This document shows positions 9,418-19,159 of a stretch of 61,886 nucleotides of DNA, in pieces. The translations under genes were made by a program, and so were the position numbers. The notes beneath the pieces were generated by a model. The model did not search any database, was not told where the DNA came from, and saw only the letters and a program-made list of their open reading frames with translations. The number at the start of each line of letters is the position of its first letter. Within the stretch, counting starts at the first letter, position 1. Source of the stretch: a virus (taxonomy: Duplodnaviria; Caudoviricetes); IMG/VR virus record IMGVR_UViG_3300025879_000023, positions 1-61,886 of that record; one strand, 5' to 3'.

Positions 9418-12400
9418 ATGAACGAATTAGAGCAAATAGTTCAGAGAATGATTGATGCTGGTGAATCAGAAGAAAACATAGCACTAGTAATAAAAGAGTA
9501 TAACAGCAAAACTTTACAGCCTTCTGAAAATGTGGGAAAGCCAGAAAGCCAAGGACTGGGTGCGCCTGTGGCGGAAAATGCAGCACCCGAAATTCAGCTA
9601 ACCGATACGGTTTCGCCATCGGCAGGTGGTTCTTTGGAATTACCAACCACTAAAGCTTATAGCATTGATGGCAAAAAGGTAACAAAAGAAGAATTTGATA
9701 ATTATACAAAAGAGCAAGAAAAAAAGAAAGAAATTGCTAAAATGAGCTTTATTGATAAGCTTAAAGTTGATTTAGCTAAAGGAAGTGTTAGTTTAGGTGA
9801 AATGTTTGCGTCAGTGCCTGAAACTATATATGATATAGCTTCATTGCCTCAAAACTTATTAGCAAAAATACCTGGTTTAGAAAAATTAAAAACTAGTTCT
9901 AAAGATTTTAAAGAGACAATTAATGTAGAAAATCCTATATTAGAATATTATTCTCAAGAAAAAGAGGAACTTGAAAAAGTGCAGAACATATATAACAATG
10001 CGAATTACGATACGCAAGGCATATATGAAAACTTTAAAAAAGGAAATTATTCTGATGGATTTAAACAGCTTGCTAGCGGCATAACCGAGAGTGCTCCCGT
10101 TAGTATATCTATGATGGTTGGTGGCGCAACTACTTCTATTGGTAAACTTAGTGCTGGCGGCACTGTGGTATTTGCTGGGCCAGAAATTGCAACTCAAAGA
10201 GAAGAAAAGCCAGAGCAATCAGAATTTGCAAATGTAATAAAGGGATTAGGTCTAGCAGCAGCAGAGACCGTATATAGCTCTATTGGTACAGGTACAATAG
10301 GTAAGGTATATAAAGACATATTACTTAGAGAAGGTAAAGAAGAAGGAGTTAAGGTATTTAGAAAAGGGCTGGTAGACATGTATTCTACTGCTTTAAAAAA
10401 GTTCGGCGCCCCAGCAGCGATGCTTGGAGAAGGCGTGGAAGAAGTAGCCACAACTATTACGCAGAACATGATAAACGAAAAAAACCCATTTGAAAATGTA
10501 GCTGATTCCTTTATACAAGGAGTTGGTGGTGGAGGCATATATGGGGCTCCGATAAACACTGCTCAAGCCATATCTGGAGTTAAAGACGGTATTACCAATA
10601 TAAAAATAAATAAAGAATTAAAAAATTCAAGCTTTAATAATATAGTAGACGCGTTTAAACCAGGAGCTAAATCCGAAGAGGCAACTATTAATGTTTCTAA
10701 AATTAAAAACGTTACTTCTGTATTTGACAAAAAAGTTAATTTAGAGGTTGAAAATGGAAACATTACAGAGTCCGAAGCTTATGACACTAAATTAAATTTT
10801 AGAAAAACACAACAAGCTGTAAACAGGCTTAAGCCGTTAGAATTTTCTTCTACTTTTGAAACAGAAGCTGTGGACTTGTTAAAAGAAAAAGAAAATTTAT
10901 CTAATGAAATAAAAGAAATTAACGATCCAAGTTTAACAGTTGTTCAAAAAACAAAATTAGAAACAATAAATAACAGGTTAGAAGAGCTTGTTATCGAAGA
11001 TTCTAAGACAAAAACAAAAGTAAAAGGCGAAGAGGATATTGCTAAGGCTAAAAAAATAGCAGAAGCTTTGCCTGAAGAGTTAAATCTTACTATAGAAGAT
11101 TTTGAAACTACAGCTGAGCTACAAGAAGCTTTGCAAAAAGAAGGCAAAACAGAGGGCGAAGCAAAAAAATTGTCTGATTCTTTTGGTTTTATTGTGCAAA
11201 AACCAAATGGTGGACCTCAAAAAATATATATAAACAAAGAGGTTGCTTTTAATTCTGGCGTGGCCACTACTGCTCAACATGAAGTTTTGCATGCTGTTTT
11301 AAGAAAAGCTATACCTGGTAACATTGAATTAGGAAAAAATTTAAAAGATTTTGTAGAGGAAATTGCCGGGGATAAATTCATGAACACTGAATTTGCTCAA
11401 AGGTTTGAGGCTTATGAGTTAGAATATGATAATACATTAAATAGTTTAAATACAGAATTAGATAGCGGAGCTATATCACAAGAAAAATACGAAACTGAAT
11501 CGCAAAAAGCATTAAGTAATTTATGGGAAGAAACTATGCCTTTGCTTTCAGAATCCATTACAAATGGTGATATTGACGTAAAGTCATCTATATGGGAAAA
11601 ATTAAAAGATTTTTTAAATAGAGTATTTAATACTTCTAATATTAAAAATGTTAAGTTTGATTCAGGTAAAGATGTATTTAATTTTGTAAAAGATTACAAT
11701 AAAATATACAAGACTGGAAAAGGCATTAAGACTCTTTCTAAAATAGCAAAAGGGGATATAGAAGGTAAGCTTGTAACAAATCAAGAATCAAAAATAGATG
11801 AAGTTATTAAATCATCTGTAGGTGATTTAGCATCAAGTAGAGTTCAACAAATATACGATGAACAAGGTGTTGCGGGAGCTATGGATATTGTTGATGAGTA
11901 TAAAGGTATGGCGGCTAAAATTGCCGCGGTATACAGAGATAGGCCTGGGTTTGAAACGTATAAAGAAGATTTAATAGATGGTATTTTAAACGATCCAACT
12001 TACGGGGTTTTAGGGTTAACTTTAAAATATAAGCCAGAAGAAAACAAAGGAGTGCCTTTGGCTGCTTATATTAATAAATATTTGCGACCTAGAAGTATTA
12101 CTTTAGCTAATCAACTTTTAGGCAAAGACGAAGCAAGTACATTTAAATCTGATATTACAGAAGTAAAAGATGTAATGGCTACAGAAACAGCAGAGGATGC
12201 TATTACTGCTTCTGAAGAAATTGCAAAAGAAAAACCTGTTAAAAAGAAACCTAAGCTTAGGGAATCTATTAGGCTAGACTCTGAGCTTAATGAAAAATTA
12301 AATAACGCATTACAAAAAGCAATTGCTTTAAATATTAAAAAATTTGATCAAGCTAAAGGGCAGAATCAAACAATATCCCCATTTGTAGCCGATGTTAAAA

Positions 12401-15400
12401 TAGACCTAGCCGAGCTTCTTGAAAAAGACGTAGTCAAATTAATAAAAAGCCAAGGTGTTGAAAATTTTTTAATAGAAAACAGAGAAGCTTTACTTGATAA
12501 TCTTACTACAACATTTTTATCTAAGCATCCGTTTTTTAGAAAAGGTATACTTAAAAGAGTAAAAGGAGAATGGGTCGCTCCGACTAAAGTTAGCACGTAT
12601 AAATACGATTGGATTAACGAAAAAACAGGAGATAAACTTAAAATAGATAGAGATAATGCAGCTGGCAGAGGTTTAACTTCTGGCCCTGAGTTTATTAAAA
12701 GAAATCCAAAAATAAAAGAAATATTAAAAGAAAATGAATTTGTAGATTATCATTTTCAAGATGGTGCTTTAAGAAATAAAATTAAAACAAATCCAGTTAA
12801 TTCTATTGCTAGACAAATATCTTCAGAATATGGCTTAGAAGTTCTGCAAGATGATTTACTTACGGAAGGGCCGTTAACAAAAGCTATTTCTGAAAGAGCA
12901 GATTTATATGGCATTGTAGTAGCTAAAGCAAGTGCTGAAAAGGCAGCTAAAGATATAGACAGGGGATTAATTAAATTCTCTATGTCAACCGCTCGAGTTG
13001 CGGATTCTGTTGTTAAAGGATATTTAAAATCTACTGACGGTATTAATTCTAAAGAATATAAAGATTATATAATCAGTCTTGGCAAAGATGGTAGTTATAT
13101 AGATGATTTAATTCAAAATAATTTATGGATTACGGAGCTTCTTCAAAACGAAAAAGCGGCTAATAAAGGATTAAAATATGAAAAGGTAATTGAAAGATTG
13201 CTTAATTCAACAATAAAAGAATCTGTAAAAGATTTTAAAGTTAAAATTTTAAAAGACCCTAAGCAAGGAGGTTTTTCTTCTAAAGGAAAAGGTGATTTAT
13301 CAATAGCTTTTAAAGACGTAATAGCAAATATTGAATTAAAATTAAATTCTGAAGCACAATCCGGAAGTTTTACTATAAAAAATATTGGCGAACAAAAACC
13401 AATTGAGGTAACAAACAAAAAAACAAGCTATCTTAAAGAAATGCAAGATGCTGTTGATAGTAAAGAATTTAAAGATGGTATTGCTAATTTTTTAAAGAAT
13501 GCAAAAGCAGAATTAAAAAGGCAAGGGTTTGATCCAAAAGAATATGATACAAGTAAGTTTCCTGTAGATCTTCCTAAAAGTGTAATGGAATCAATTGAAA
13601 AAACTGGTTTAAGTTTTAATATAGATCTTGAAAACTTAAATGAGATTATTGATTTTTATTCTAATAAAGGCGTCAACTATATTCAGATCGGAGATAAAGG
13701 ATTATTTTCAATTGGTAAGGATGTTCTAGGACTTGGTATTATGGCTCCAAGTTTACGTGGAAAAGGACAAATAAGGGTTAGAATGTTATCTTCTAACAAA
13801 GGAAAAGATATTAGATCGCAAAGATTTAGAGCATTTTATAACTTTACAGAAGTTAATACTCAAGATGGAGGTTTAACATTAGATAAACCGGATGACATTA
13901 AATTAATGTTAGAATCTGGCATTGATAATATAAAATTTTCTAAATCGATGGAGGCAACTCCTGAGGTAGAAAACTCTATGAATACCACGTTTAATAAAAT
14001 TATTGAACGTAAAAAAGGCGTTCTTGCAACTGAAACTATTTCAAAAGCAACAGCTAAATTAGCTGGTCAAAAAGAAGGTAGATTTAAATTATTTGTTCCG
14101 CCAACTGCTGATGATTTATTAGGTTTAGTATATAACTTTTTAGGAACAGGCAAGCAAGGAGATGCTGATATGCAATTTTTTAATGAAAAATTGTTTAGAC
14201 CATTAGCCAGAGCAAATTTTCAATTAAATGCTGAACGACAAGCTATAAAGCAAAGATGGCAAGAAGTTGTAAAATCAAATAAAGGCATTACCAAGGTTCT
14301 TAGGAAAGAAAGTGACTATAAGTTTTATACAAATGACCATGCTGTTAGAGCGTGGATGTGGGATAAACTTGGTTATGATATTCCTGGAATAAGCGAAACA
14401 GACAAGGCAGCATTAATAGAATCAGTTAATTCTAGTGAAAAGCTTTTAAAATTTGGAGAAGAACTTATAGATGTTCCAAACAAAAAAGAAAGCTGGTTAA
14501 AACCAGAAGATGATTGGACGGCTAGTACGGTTGAAATGGATCTTCAAGAAATACTAAGTAAAATTGGTAGAGCTAGAATATTTGAAGAGTTTATTACAAA
14601 TTCTGATATTATATTTTCAGAAGGTAATTTAAATAAAATTGAAGCAGCCTACGGTCCAAAATTAAGAGGAGCATTGGAAGATATGCTTTATCGTATTGAA
14701 AAAGGTAGAGCAAGAAATGAAGGCGGGAATAAAATGGCTGCGGCATATTTAGATTGGGTCAGAGGCTCGGTGGCTACAACTATGTTCTTTAACACAAGAT
14801 CAGCATTGCTTCAACAACTTTCTATTGTTAACTTTACAAACTGGGAGGATAACAACATATTTGCTCAGGGTAAATTTATCGCAGGGAGCCCTAAAACGTA
14901 CGCAAAATATTGGACTGATATATTTAATTCCGATTGGATGAAAGAGCGTAGACAGGGCTTAAAAACAGATATAAACGAGTCTGAGCTTGTAGCTAAACTA
15001 GAAGGAAGCAAAAACAAAAACAAAGCTTTATTAGCTTATATTTTAGAAAAAGGATTTTCACTTACTAAATATGGAGATAATATCGCAATAGCAACCGGCG
15101 GAGCGCCGTTTTTGTATAACAGAGAACAAAAGTATATTAAAGAAGGCATGACGCCTGCTGAAGCAAAAAAAGAAGCATTTTTAGATTTTCAAGAATTAGC
15201 AGAAAGCACACAACAATCTTCAAGACAAGATTTATTGTCAAATCAACAGGTTAGTGTTATTGGCAGGATATTTTTAGCTTTCCAAAACACGACTATGCAA
15301 ATGACCCGCTTACAAAAGAAAGCTGCTTTAGATTTAATAAATAAAAGAGGTAGCTTTAAAGCGAATATATCAAGGCTTGTTTACTATGGCGCAATCCAAA

Positions 15401-16056
15401 ATACTATATTTTCTTTCTTACAAAGCGCTTTATTTGCTGGTGTTTTTGGAGATGATGAAGATGAAAATTTAAAACTAGATGATAAAACTTTAAGAGCTGC
15501 TAATACTGTACTCGATAGTGCATTAAGAGGATCCGGTATTGGTGGAGCAGCATTAGCTACATTAAAAAATGCAATTATTGCATGGGCAAAAGAAAATGAT
15601 AAAGGTTGGAAAGCTGATAATTCAAAAGTAATTATTGAATTACTAAATATTTCTCCAGCTGTTGGTATTAAGGCTAGAAAAATTAACACAGCAATGAATG
15701 CTTATAAATATGGCAACAAGGTAGTTGATGATGTTAGCTTTGCTAATCCAAATCACCCTTATTACGGTATTGCTGGAAGTTTAACTTCAGCAGCATTTAA
15801 CATACCATTAGATCGAGTTGTTACAAAAGCGCAAAACCTGCAAGCTTTAACAAATCAGGAAGCAGAAGCATGGCAACGTACAGCTCTATTTTTAGGTTAT
15901 AACACTTGGGATGTTGGATTAAAAGATCCTGAAATTGAAGCAGCTAAAAAATCTGCTAAAAAAAGTAAATCATCAAGCAGAACATCGGGCAGAACATCCG
16001 GTAGAACATCCGGTAGAACATCCGGTAGAACATCAGGAAGAAGCTCAAATAGATAA
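9418..16056 (+). CDS. Giant multidomain internal virion (ejected) protein with zincin, sigma-region-2-like and PD-(D/E)XK-like domains
   Basis: 2212 aa and last of the cargo genes. HEVLH at about 11278, sigma-like segment about 11860-12120, E..D..ELK nuclease motif about 13160-13380, helical C-terminal domain and a basic RTSG tail. Confidence 0.7.
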   Translation: MNELEQIVQRMIDAGESEENIALVIKEYNSKTLQPSENVGKPESQGLGAPVAENAAPEIQLTDTVSPSAGGSLELPTTKAYSIDGKKVTKEEFDNYTKEQEKKKEIAKMSFIDKLKVDLAKGSVSLGEMFASVPETIYDIASLPQNLLAKIPGLEKLKTSSKDFKETINVENPILEYYSQEKEELEKVQNIYNNANYDTQGIYENFKKGNYSDGFKQLASGITESAPVSISMMVGGATTSIGKLSAGGTVVFAGPEIATQREEKPEQSEFANVIKGLGLAAAETVYSSIGTGTIGKVYKDILLREGKEEGVKVFRKGLVDMYSTALKKFGAPAAMLGEGVEEVATTITQNMINEKNPFENVADSFIQGVGGGGIYGAPINTAQAISGVKDGITNIKINKELKNSSFNNIVDAFKPGAKSEEATINVSKIKNVTSVFDKKVNLEVENGNITESEAYDTKLNFRKTQQAVNRLKPLEFSSTFETEAVDLLKEKENLSNEIKEINDPSLTVVQKTKLETINNRLEELVIEDSKTKTKVKGEEDIAKAKKIAEALPEELNLTIEDFETTAELQEALQKEGKTEGEAKKLSDSFGFIVQKPNGGPQKIYINKEVAFNSGVATTAQHEVLHAVLRKAIPGNIELGKNLKDFVEEIAGDKFMNTEFAQRFEAYELEYDNTLNSLNTELDSGAISQEKYETESQKALSNLWEETMPLLSESITNGDIDVKSSIWEKLKDFLNRVFNTSNIKNVKFDSGKDVFNFVKDYNKIYKTGKGIKTLSKIAKGDIEGKLVTNQESKIDEVIKSSVGDLASSRVQQIYDEQGVAGAMDIVDEYKGMAAKIAAVYRDRPGFETYKEDLIDGILNDPTYGVLGLTLKYKPEENKGVPLAAYINKYLRPRSITLANQLLGKDEASTFKSDITEVKDVMATETAEDAITASEEIAKEKPVKKKPKLRESIRLDSELNEKLNNALQKAIALNIKKFDQAKGQNQTISPFVADVKIDLAELLEKDVVKLIKSQGVENFLIENREALLDNLTTTFLSKHPFFRKGILKRVKGEWVAPTKVSTYKYDWINEKTGDKLKIDRDNAAGRGLTSGPEFIKRNPKIKEILKENEFVDYHFQDGALRNKIKTNPVNSIARQISSEYGLEVLQDDLLTEGPLTKAISERADLYGIVVAKASAEKAAKDIDRGLIKFSMSTARVADSVVKGYLKSTDGINSKEYKDYIISLGKDGSYIDDLIQNNLWITELLQNEKAANKGLKYEKVIERLLNSTIKESVKDFKVKILKDPKQGGFSSKGKGDLSIAFKDVIANIELKLNSEAQSGSFTIKNIGEQKPIEVTNKKTSYLKEMQDAVDSKEFKDGIANFLKNAKAELKRQGFDPKEYDTSKFPVDLPKSVMESIEKTGLSFNIDLENLNEIIDFYSNKGVNYIQIGDKGLFSIGKDVLGLGIMAPSLRGKGQIRVRMLSSNKGKDIRSQRFRAFYNFTEVNTQDGGLTLDKPDDIKLMLESGIDNIKFSKSMEATPEVENSMNTTFNKIIERKKGVLATETISKATAKLAGQKEGRFKLFVPPTADDLLGLVYNFLGTGKQGDADMQFFNEKLFRPLARANFQLNAERQAIKQRWQEVVKSNKGITKVLRKESDYKFYTNDHAVRAWMWDKLGYDIPGISETDKAALIESVNSSEKLLKFGEELIDVPNKKESWLKPEDDWTASTVEMDLQEILSKIGRARIFEEFITNSDIIFSEGNLNKIEAAYGPKLRGALEDMLYRIEKGRARNEGGNKMAAAYLDWVRGSVATTMFFNTRSALLQQLSIVNFTNWEDNNIFAQGKFIAGSPKTYAKYWTDIFNSDWMKERRQGLKTDINESELVAKLEGSKNKNKALLAYILEKGFSLTKYGDNIAIATGGAPFLYNREQKYIKEGMTPAEAKKEAFLDFQELAESTQQSSRQDLLSNQQVSVIGRIFLAFQNTTMQMTRLQKKAALDLINKRGSFKANISRLVYYGAIQNTIFSFLQSALFAGVFGDDEDENLKLDDKTLRAANTVLDSALRGSGIGGAALATLKNAIIAWAKENDKGWKADNSKVIIELLNISPAVGIKARKINTAMNAYKYGNKVVDDVSFANPNHPYYGIAGSLTSAAFNIPLDRVVTKAQNLQALTNQEAEAWQRTALFLGYNTWDVGLKDPEIEAAKKSAKKSKSSSRTSGRTSGRTSGRTSGRTSGRSSNR
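15979..16041 (+). repeat. 12-bp tandem repeat (AGAACATCCGGT) x5 encoding (RTSG)5
   Basis: Read directly from the sequence. Confidence 0.95.
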
Positions 16057-16078
16057 ATTAAAACAAAAACAAACAATT

Positions 16079-16351
16079 ATGGAACCACTAATTATTATTT
16101 TAGGATTATCAATATTAACAAACATCGTATTAGGCTTTATGCACTTAGGTAAAATTAAAGATGCCGATAAAGACTTTATACCAGATGCTATTGAAGACAA
16201 AGCAAAAAAAATTAAAGATGAAACTAAGCATCGTGCTAAAAGAATTAAAGAAGAACTTAGCGATGTAGGAGCAGCTATTAAAGAAGTTGGAAATCAAATT
16301 GGCGATTTACCAGACGCTGCTAAAGGTAAAACCAGAAAAGGCAGAAAATAA
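16079..16351 (+). CDS. Small membrane-anchored coiled-coil protein
   Basis: ATG at 16079 follows an A-rich leader; MEPLIIILGLSILTNIVLGF forms a TM helix. The track start at 15935 is spurious. Confidence 0.7.
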   Translation: MEPLIIILGLSILTNIVLGFMHLGKIKDADKDFIPDAIEDKAKKIKDETKHRAKRIKEELSDVGAAIKEVGNQIGDLPDAAKGKTRKGRK

Positions 16352-16485
16352 TGGCGAAAGATGCGTGTTACCATAAAGTAAAAGGAAGATATAAAGTTTT
16401 CCCTTCTGCATACGCCTCAGGCGCAATAGCAAAATGCCGCAAAGTTGGCGCTAAAAACTGGGGGAATGGCAGTAAGAAAAAGTAA
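16351..16485 (+). CDS. Small basic conserved phage protein (MAKDACYHKVKGRYKVFPSAYASGAIAKCRKVGAKNWG...)
   Basis: 44 aa, absent from the ORF track. TAATG overlap with the upstream gene; PSAYASG motif recognised from marine phages (DUF5872-like N-terminal half). Confidence 0.7.
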   Translation: MAKDACYHKVKGRYKVFPSAYASGAIAKCRKVGAKNWGNGSKKK

Positions 16486-16741
16486 AGAAGGAGCTAGTCT
16501 TAAAAGATGGTTTAAAGAAGAGTGGACTGATATTCGCACAGGTAAAGCTTGCGGTAGATCAAAAGGCGACGGAAGAGGAGTGCCATATTGTAGACCTAAA
16601 AAAAGAATATCTTCTGCAACCCCTAAAACAGTTTCTGAAATGTCAGCTTCTGAAAAAGCTAAAAAAATAAAAGAAAAGAAAAGTCTTGGTCAACCAGCCG
16701 GAAAGCCTAAAAGAGTCAGTTCTTTAAAAAGAAAAAAATAA
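16466..16741 (+). CDS. Small basic protein, DUF5872-like (LKRWFKEEW..CGR..YCRP)
   Basis: Recognisable motif; ATG at 16466. Confidence 0.65.
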   Translation: MAVRKSKEGASLKRWFKEEWTDIRTGKACGRSKGDGRGVPYCRPKKRISSATPKTVSEMSASEKAKKIKEKKSLGQPAGKPKRVSSLKRKK

Positions 16742-16754
16742 TTAAAAAAAATAA

Positions 16755-17060
16755 ATGAGCAATATAGACGTAGACACCAAAATAAAGTTTACAATGTCGC
16801 AATTGATTACGGCTGGAGGTATGCTAATATCAATTGTAGGTAGTTATTATACTTTAAATTCTAAAATACAATCGCTAGAGGCTGCGTCTAATAAACTCAA
16901 ACAAAACGAACAACAATATACTTGGCCAGCTCAAAGAAAGTTAGAAGAGGATGTTGCTAATATGAGATTAGAGTTTGTGAATACAATGAAAGATTTAGAA
17001 TATTCAATGAAAGAATTGGATGAAATAAAACAAGAAATAAAAGAGAAGGAACAAAGATAA
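16755..17060 (+). CDS. Membrane-anchored coiled-coil protein (possible lysis accessory)
   Basis: One TM segment followed by a coiled coil; last gene of the + block. Confidence 0.55.
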   Translation: MSNIDVDTKIKFTMSQLITAGGMLISIVGSYYTLNSKIQSLEAASNKLKQNEQQYTWPAQRKLEEDVANMRLEFVNTMKDLEYSMKELDEIKQEIKEKEQR

Positions 17061-17092
17061 AATGGGCACCATACCCAATAGTTCCTGTAACC

Positions 17093-17125
17093 AAAAAGGG
17101 GAAGCTTCACGGCCTCCCCTTTTTT
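17093..17125. terminator. Bidirectional rho-independent terminator
   Basis: AAAAAGGGGAAGC-TTCAC-GGCCTCCCCTTTTTT between the two convergent gene blocks. Confidence 0.85.
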
Positions 17126-17157
17126 AATATAACTAACTAAACTAACTAAGTATTATA

Positions 17158-18927
17158 CTATCCATCACAAGATAAGCAATCTGGATCCATAGCTTTAGAA
17201 GCAATATCTCCTCTTAACACAGATTCTGTTCTGGTATAGTATAATGTTTTTACTCCTTTCTTCCATGCTTCAAAATGAACTTGATTAATCCATTTTGGTG
17301 TAGCAATACTTGGGAAGGCAAGATTTAAACTAACCGACTGGTCTATATATTGTTGTCTTATACCAGCTTGATTAACTAATTCTAACTGGTTTATTTCTTT
17401 AAACGTTTTAAATACATCTTTAACAGAATCATACCCGTTTAGCAGGTCTTGCTCAGACGCATCAGGTAAATATACTAGTTTTTTATTTATATACCCCCAA
17501 TCATCTAAAGTATTTATATCTTGAATACTTCCGCCGTCTTCGAGTATTTTGTTCCAGGTTTCATCTGTATCAATACCAGCTTTCTTTAAAACTTTAATAA
17601 GTTCTTTATTTTTGCGAATAAACGTACCTTTTGCAGATTGCTCCGTAAAAACATTAGCGGCCCAAGGCTCAATACCTGGACTAACATTCCCAGATAGTTT
17701 ACTATTTGATACAGTAGGTGCAATAGCCCTAAGATGAGTATTCCTAAATCCAGTGTCACGACACCAAAGAGGTTCTCCGTATACCTCGGCGAGTGCACGC
17801 GACGCCCTTTCGCTTTCAATTTTAATCTGGCTAAATATTCTCCTAGTCTCAAACTGAGCTTGTAATCCTTCGAAAGGTATTCCGTTTTGCTGGAGGTAAG
17901 TGTGCCACCCAAGGACTCCAAGACCAAGCGCTCTTCCTTTTTCTGCAGAACGAACTGAGTTTTCAAATCCTTTAAGGCCTTTAGCCTTTTGTAAAAACTC
18001 TTCAAGTACTCCATCAAGGAACCAAATCGCGTCATAAATAAGATTAGTATCTTTCCATTCTTCATATTTAGTAAGATTTAAAGATGATAAACAGCACACA
18101 AAGCTATGATTTTCATCAGTATGCAATGCTATTTCACTGCATATGTTAGTCATGTGTACTTTTAAACCGTTTTTCTTATACGCTTCGGGGTTGCTCTTGT
18201 TTGTATTTCCTTTAAACAAGATGTAAGGTTCTCCAGTAGCTTTTCTTTTTTGCAAGAGCTTACTCCATTTTCTTCTAGCTGTTGAATCTCCTTCTTCAAG
18301 CTTTCGCATAAATTTATCACCAATAACCGCGCACTGGTGTAAATTAAGGGATTGTCTATTAACATCACCTTTTGGTTCTCTAATTTCAAGCCATTCTTCG
18401 AAATCATCGTGATCAATGTTAATATTAACACTAGCTGCTCCGCGTCTAACTGATCCTTGATTAGTTGCAAGAATTGTGGAGTCATATATTTTACAAAAGG
18501 GTACGACCCCATCTGATGTGCCATTTCCTGTTATTTTAGCTCCGGCAGGACGAATCATATTAATTCCGATACCAACTCCCCCACCGTGTTTAGCTAGCAA
18601 CATCATTTCTAAATTCTTAGCGCCAATCTCTTGTATGCTATCCCCAACATCAATGCCAAAGCATGATATAGGCAAACCTCTGTCTGTACCCGTGTTAGAT
18701 AGCACTGGAGAAGCTAAATTCAACCAGCCCTTCCATATGTACTGAAAGAACTTATCTGCCAATTCTGGCTTATATAACCGCTTTGCAACAGTATTTGCTA
18801 CTCGCATATAAGCGTCTTTTGGCGTTTCGCCAACCATTAAGTATCCTCCAGATATTGTTTTTTTATACACCTCTGTATTACCCCAAGTAGGATAATCAAC
18901 CCCTTTTACCCAATCATTATTCCACAT
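17158..18927 (-). CDS. nrdA: Ribonucleotide reductase class I alpha subunit (no ATP cone)
   Basis: Motifs ASPVLSN, PISCF, GGGVG, TNICSEI, AIAPTVSNS, IDQSVS, TLYY and C-terminal CLSCDG. ATG at 18927. Confidence 0.95.
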   Translation of the reverse strand: MWNNDWVKGVDYPTWGNTEVYKKTISGGYLMVGETPKDAYMRVANTVAKRLYKPELADKFFQYIWKGWLNLASPVLSNTGTDRGLPISCFGIDVGDSIQEIGAKNLEMMLLAKHGGGVGIGINMIRPAGAKITGNGTSDGVVPFCKIYDSTILATNQGSVRRGAASVNINIDHDDFEEWLEIREPKGDVNRQSLNLHQCAVIGDKFMRKLEEGDSTARRKWSKLLQKRKATGEPYILFKGNTNKSNPEAYKKNGLKVHMTNICSEIALHTDENHSFVCCLSSLNLTKYEEWKDTNLIYDAIWFLDGVLEEFLQKAKGLKGFENSVRSAEKGRALGLGVLGWHTYLQQNGIPFEGLQAQFETRRIFSQIKIESERASRALAEVYGEPLWCRDTGFRNTHLRAIAPTVSNSKLSGNVSPGIEPWAANVFTEQSAKGTFIRKNKELIKVLKKAGIDTDETWNKILEDGGSIQDINTLDDWGYINKKLVYLPDASEQDLLNGYDSVKDVFKTFKEINQLELVNQAGIRQQYIDQSVSLNLAFPSIATPKWINQVHFEAWKKGVKTLYYTRTESVLRGDIASKAMDPDCLSCDG

Positions 18928-19144
18928 CTCCAAGATCTAATTTAGTTTCTTTTTCTTCTTTAACTTTTTCTTTCAATTGCTCTATAGCTTCGTCATATCC
19001 AGGCATCAATTTAACAGCCTCTAACGTACCAACAGATAAATCTTTAAGATATGTATTCTCGCTTAGTAATTGTTGCACTACATTGATTAATGCTTGTACT
19101 TTTTTTTCTAATAAATCTTGTCTACTTTGTTTTTGTCCTTTCAT
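18917..19144 (-). CDS. Hypothetical coiled-coil protein
   Basis: 75 aa ORF tightly packed between nrdB and nrdA. Confidence 0.7.
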   Translation of the reverse strand: MKGQKQSRQDLLEKKVQALINVVQQLLSENTYLKDLSVGTLEAVKLMPGYDEAIEQLKEKVKEEKETKLDLGDVE

Positions 19145-19159
19145 ATTATTTAATTTAAT

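Noticed and set aside
7844-16056. Virion RNA polymerase as in canonical crAss-like phages
   Set aside because: I found no DxDxD (DFDID-type) catalytic motif in the cargo proteins.
15935-16078. ORF-track N-terminal extension with EHPV repeats
   Set aside because: It is an alternate-frame reading of the RTSG repeat; the real start is ATG 16079.
16351-16741. Frameshift fusion of the two DUF5872-like halves
   Set aside because: The frames differ by +1, there is no in-frame slippery heptamer, and the second ORF has its own ATG.
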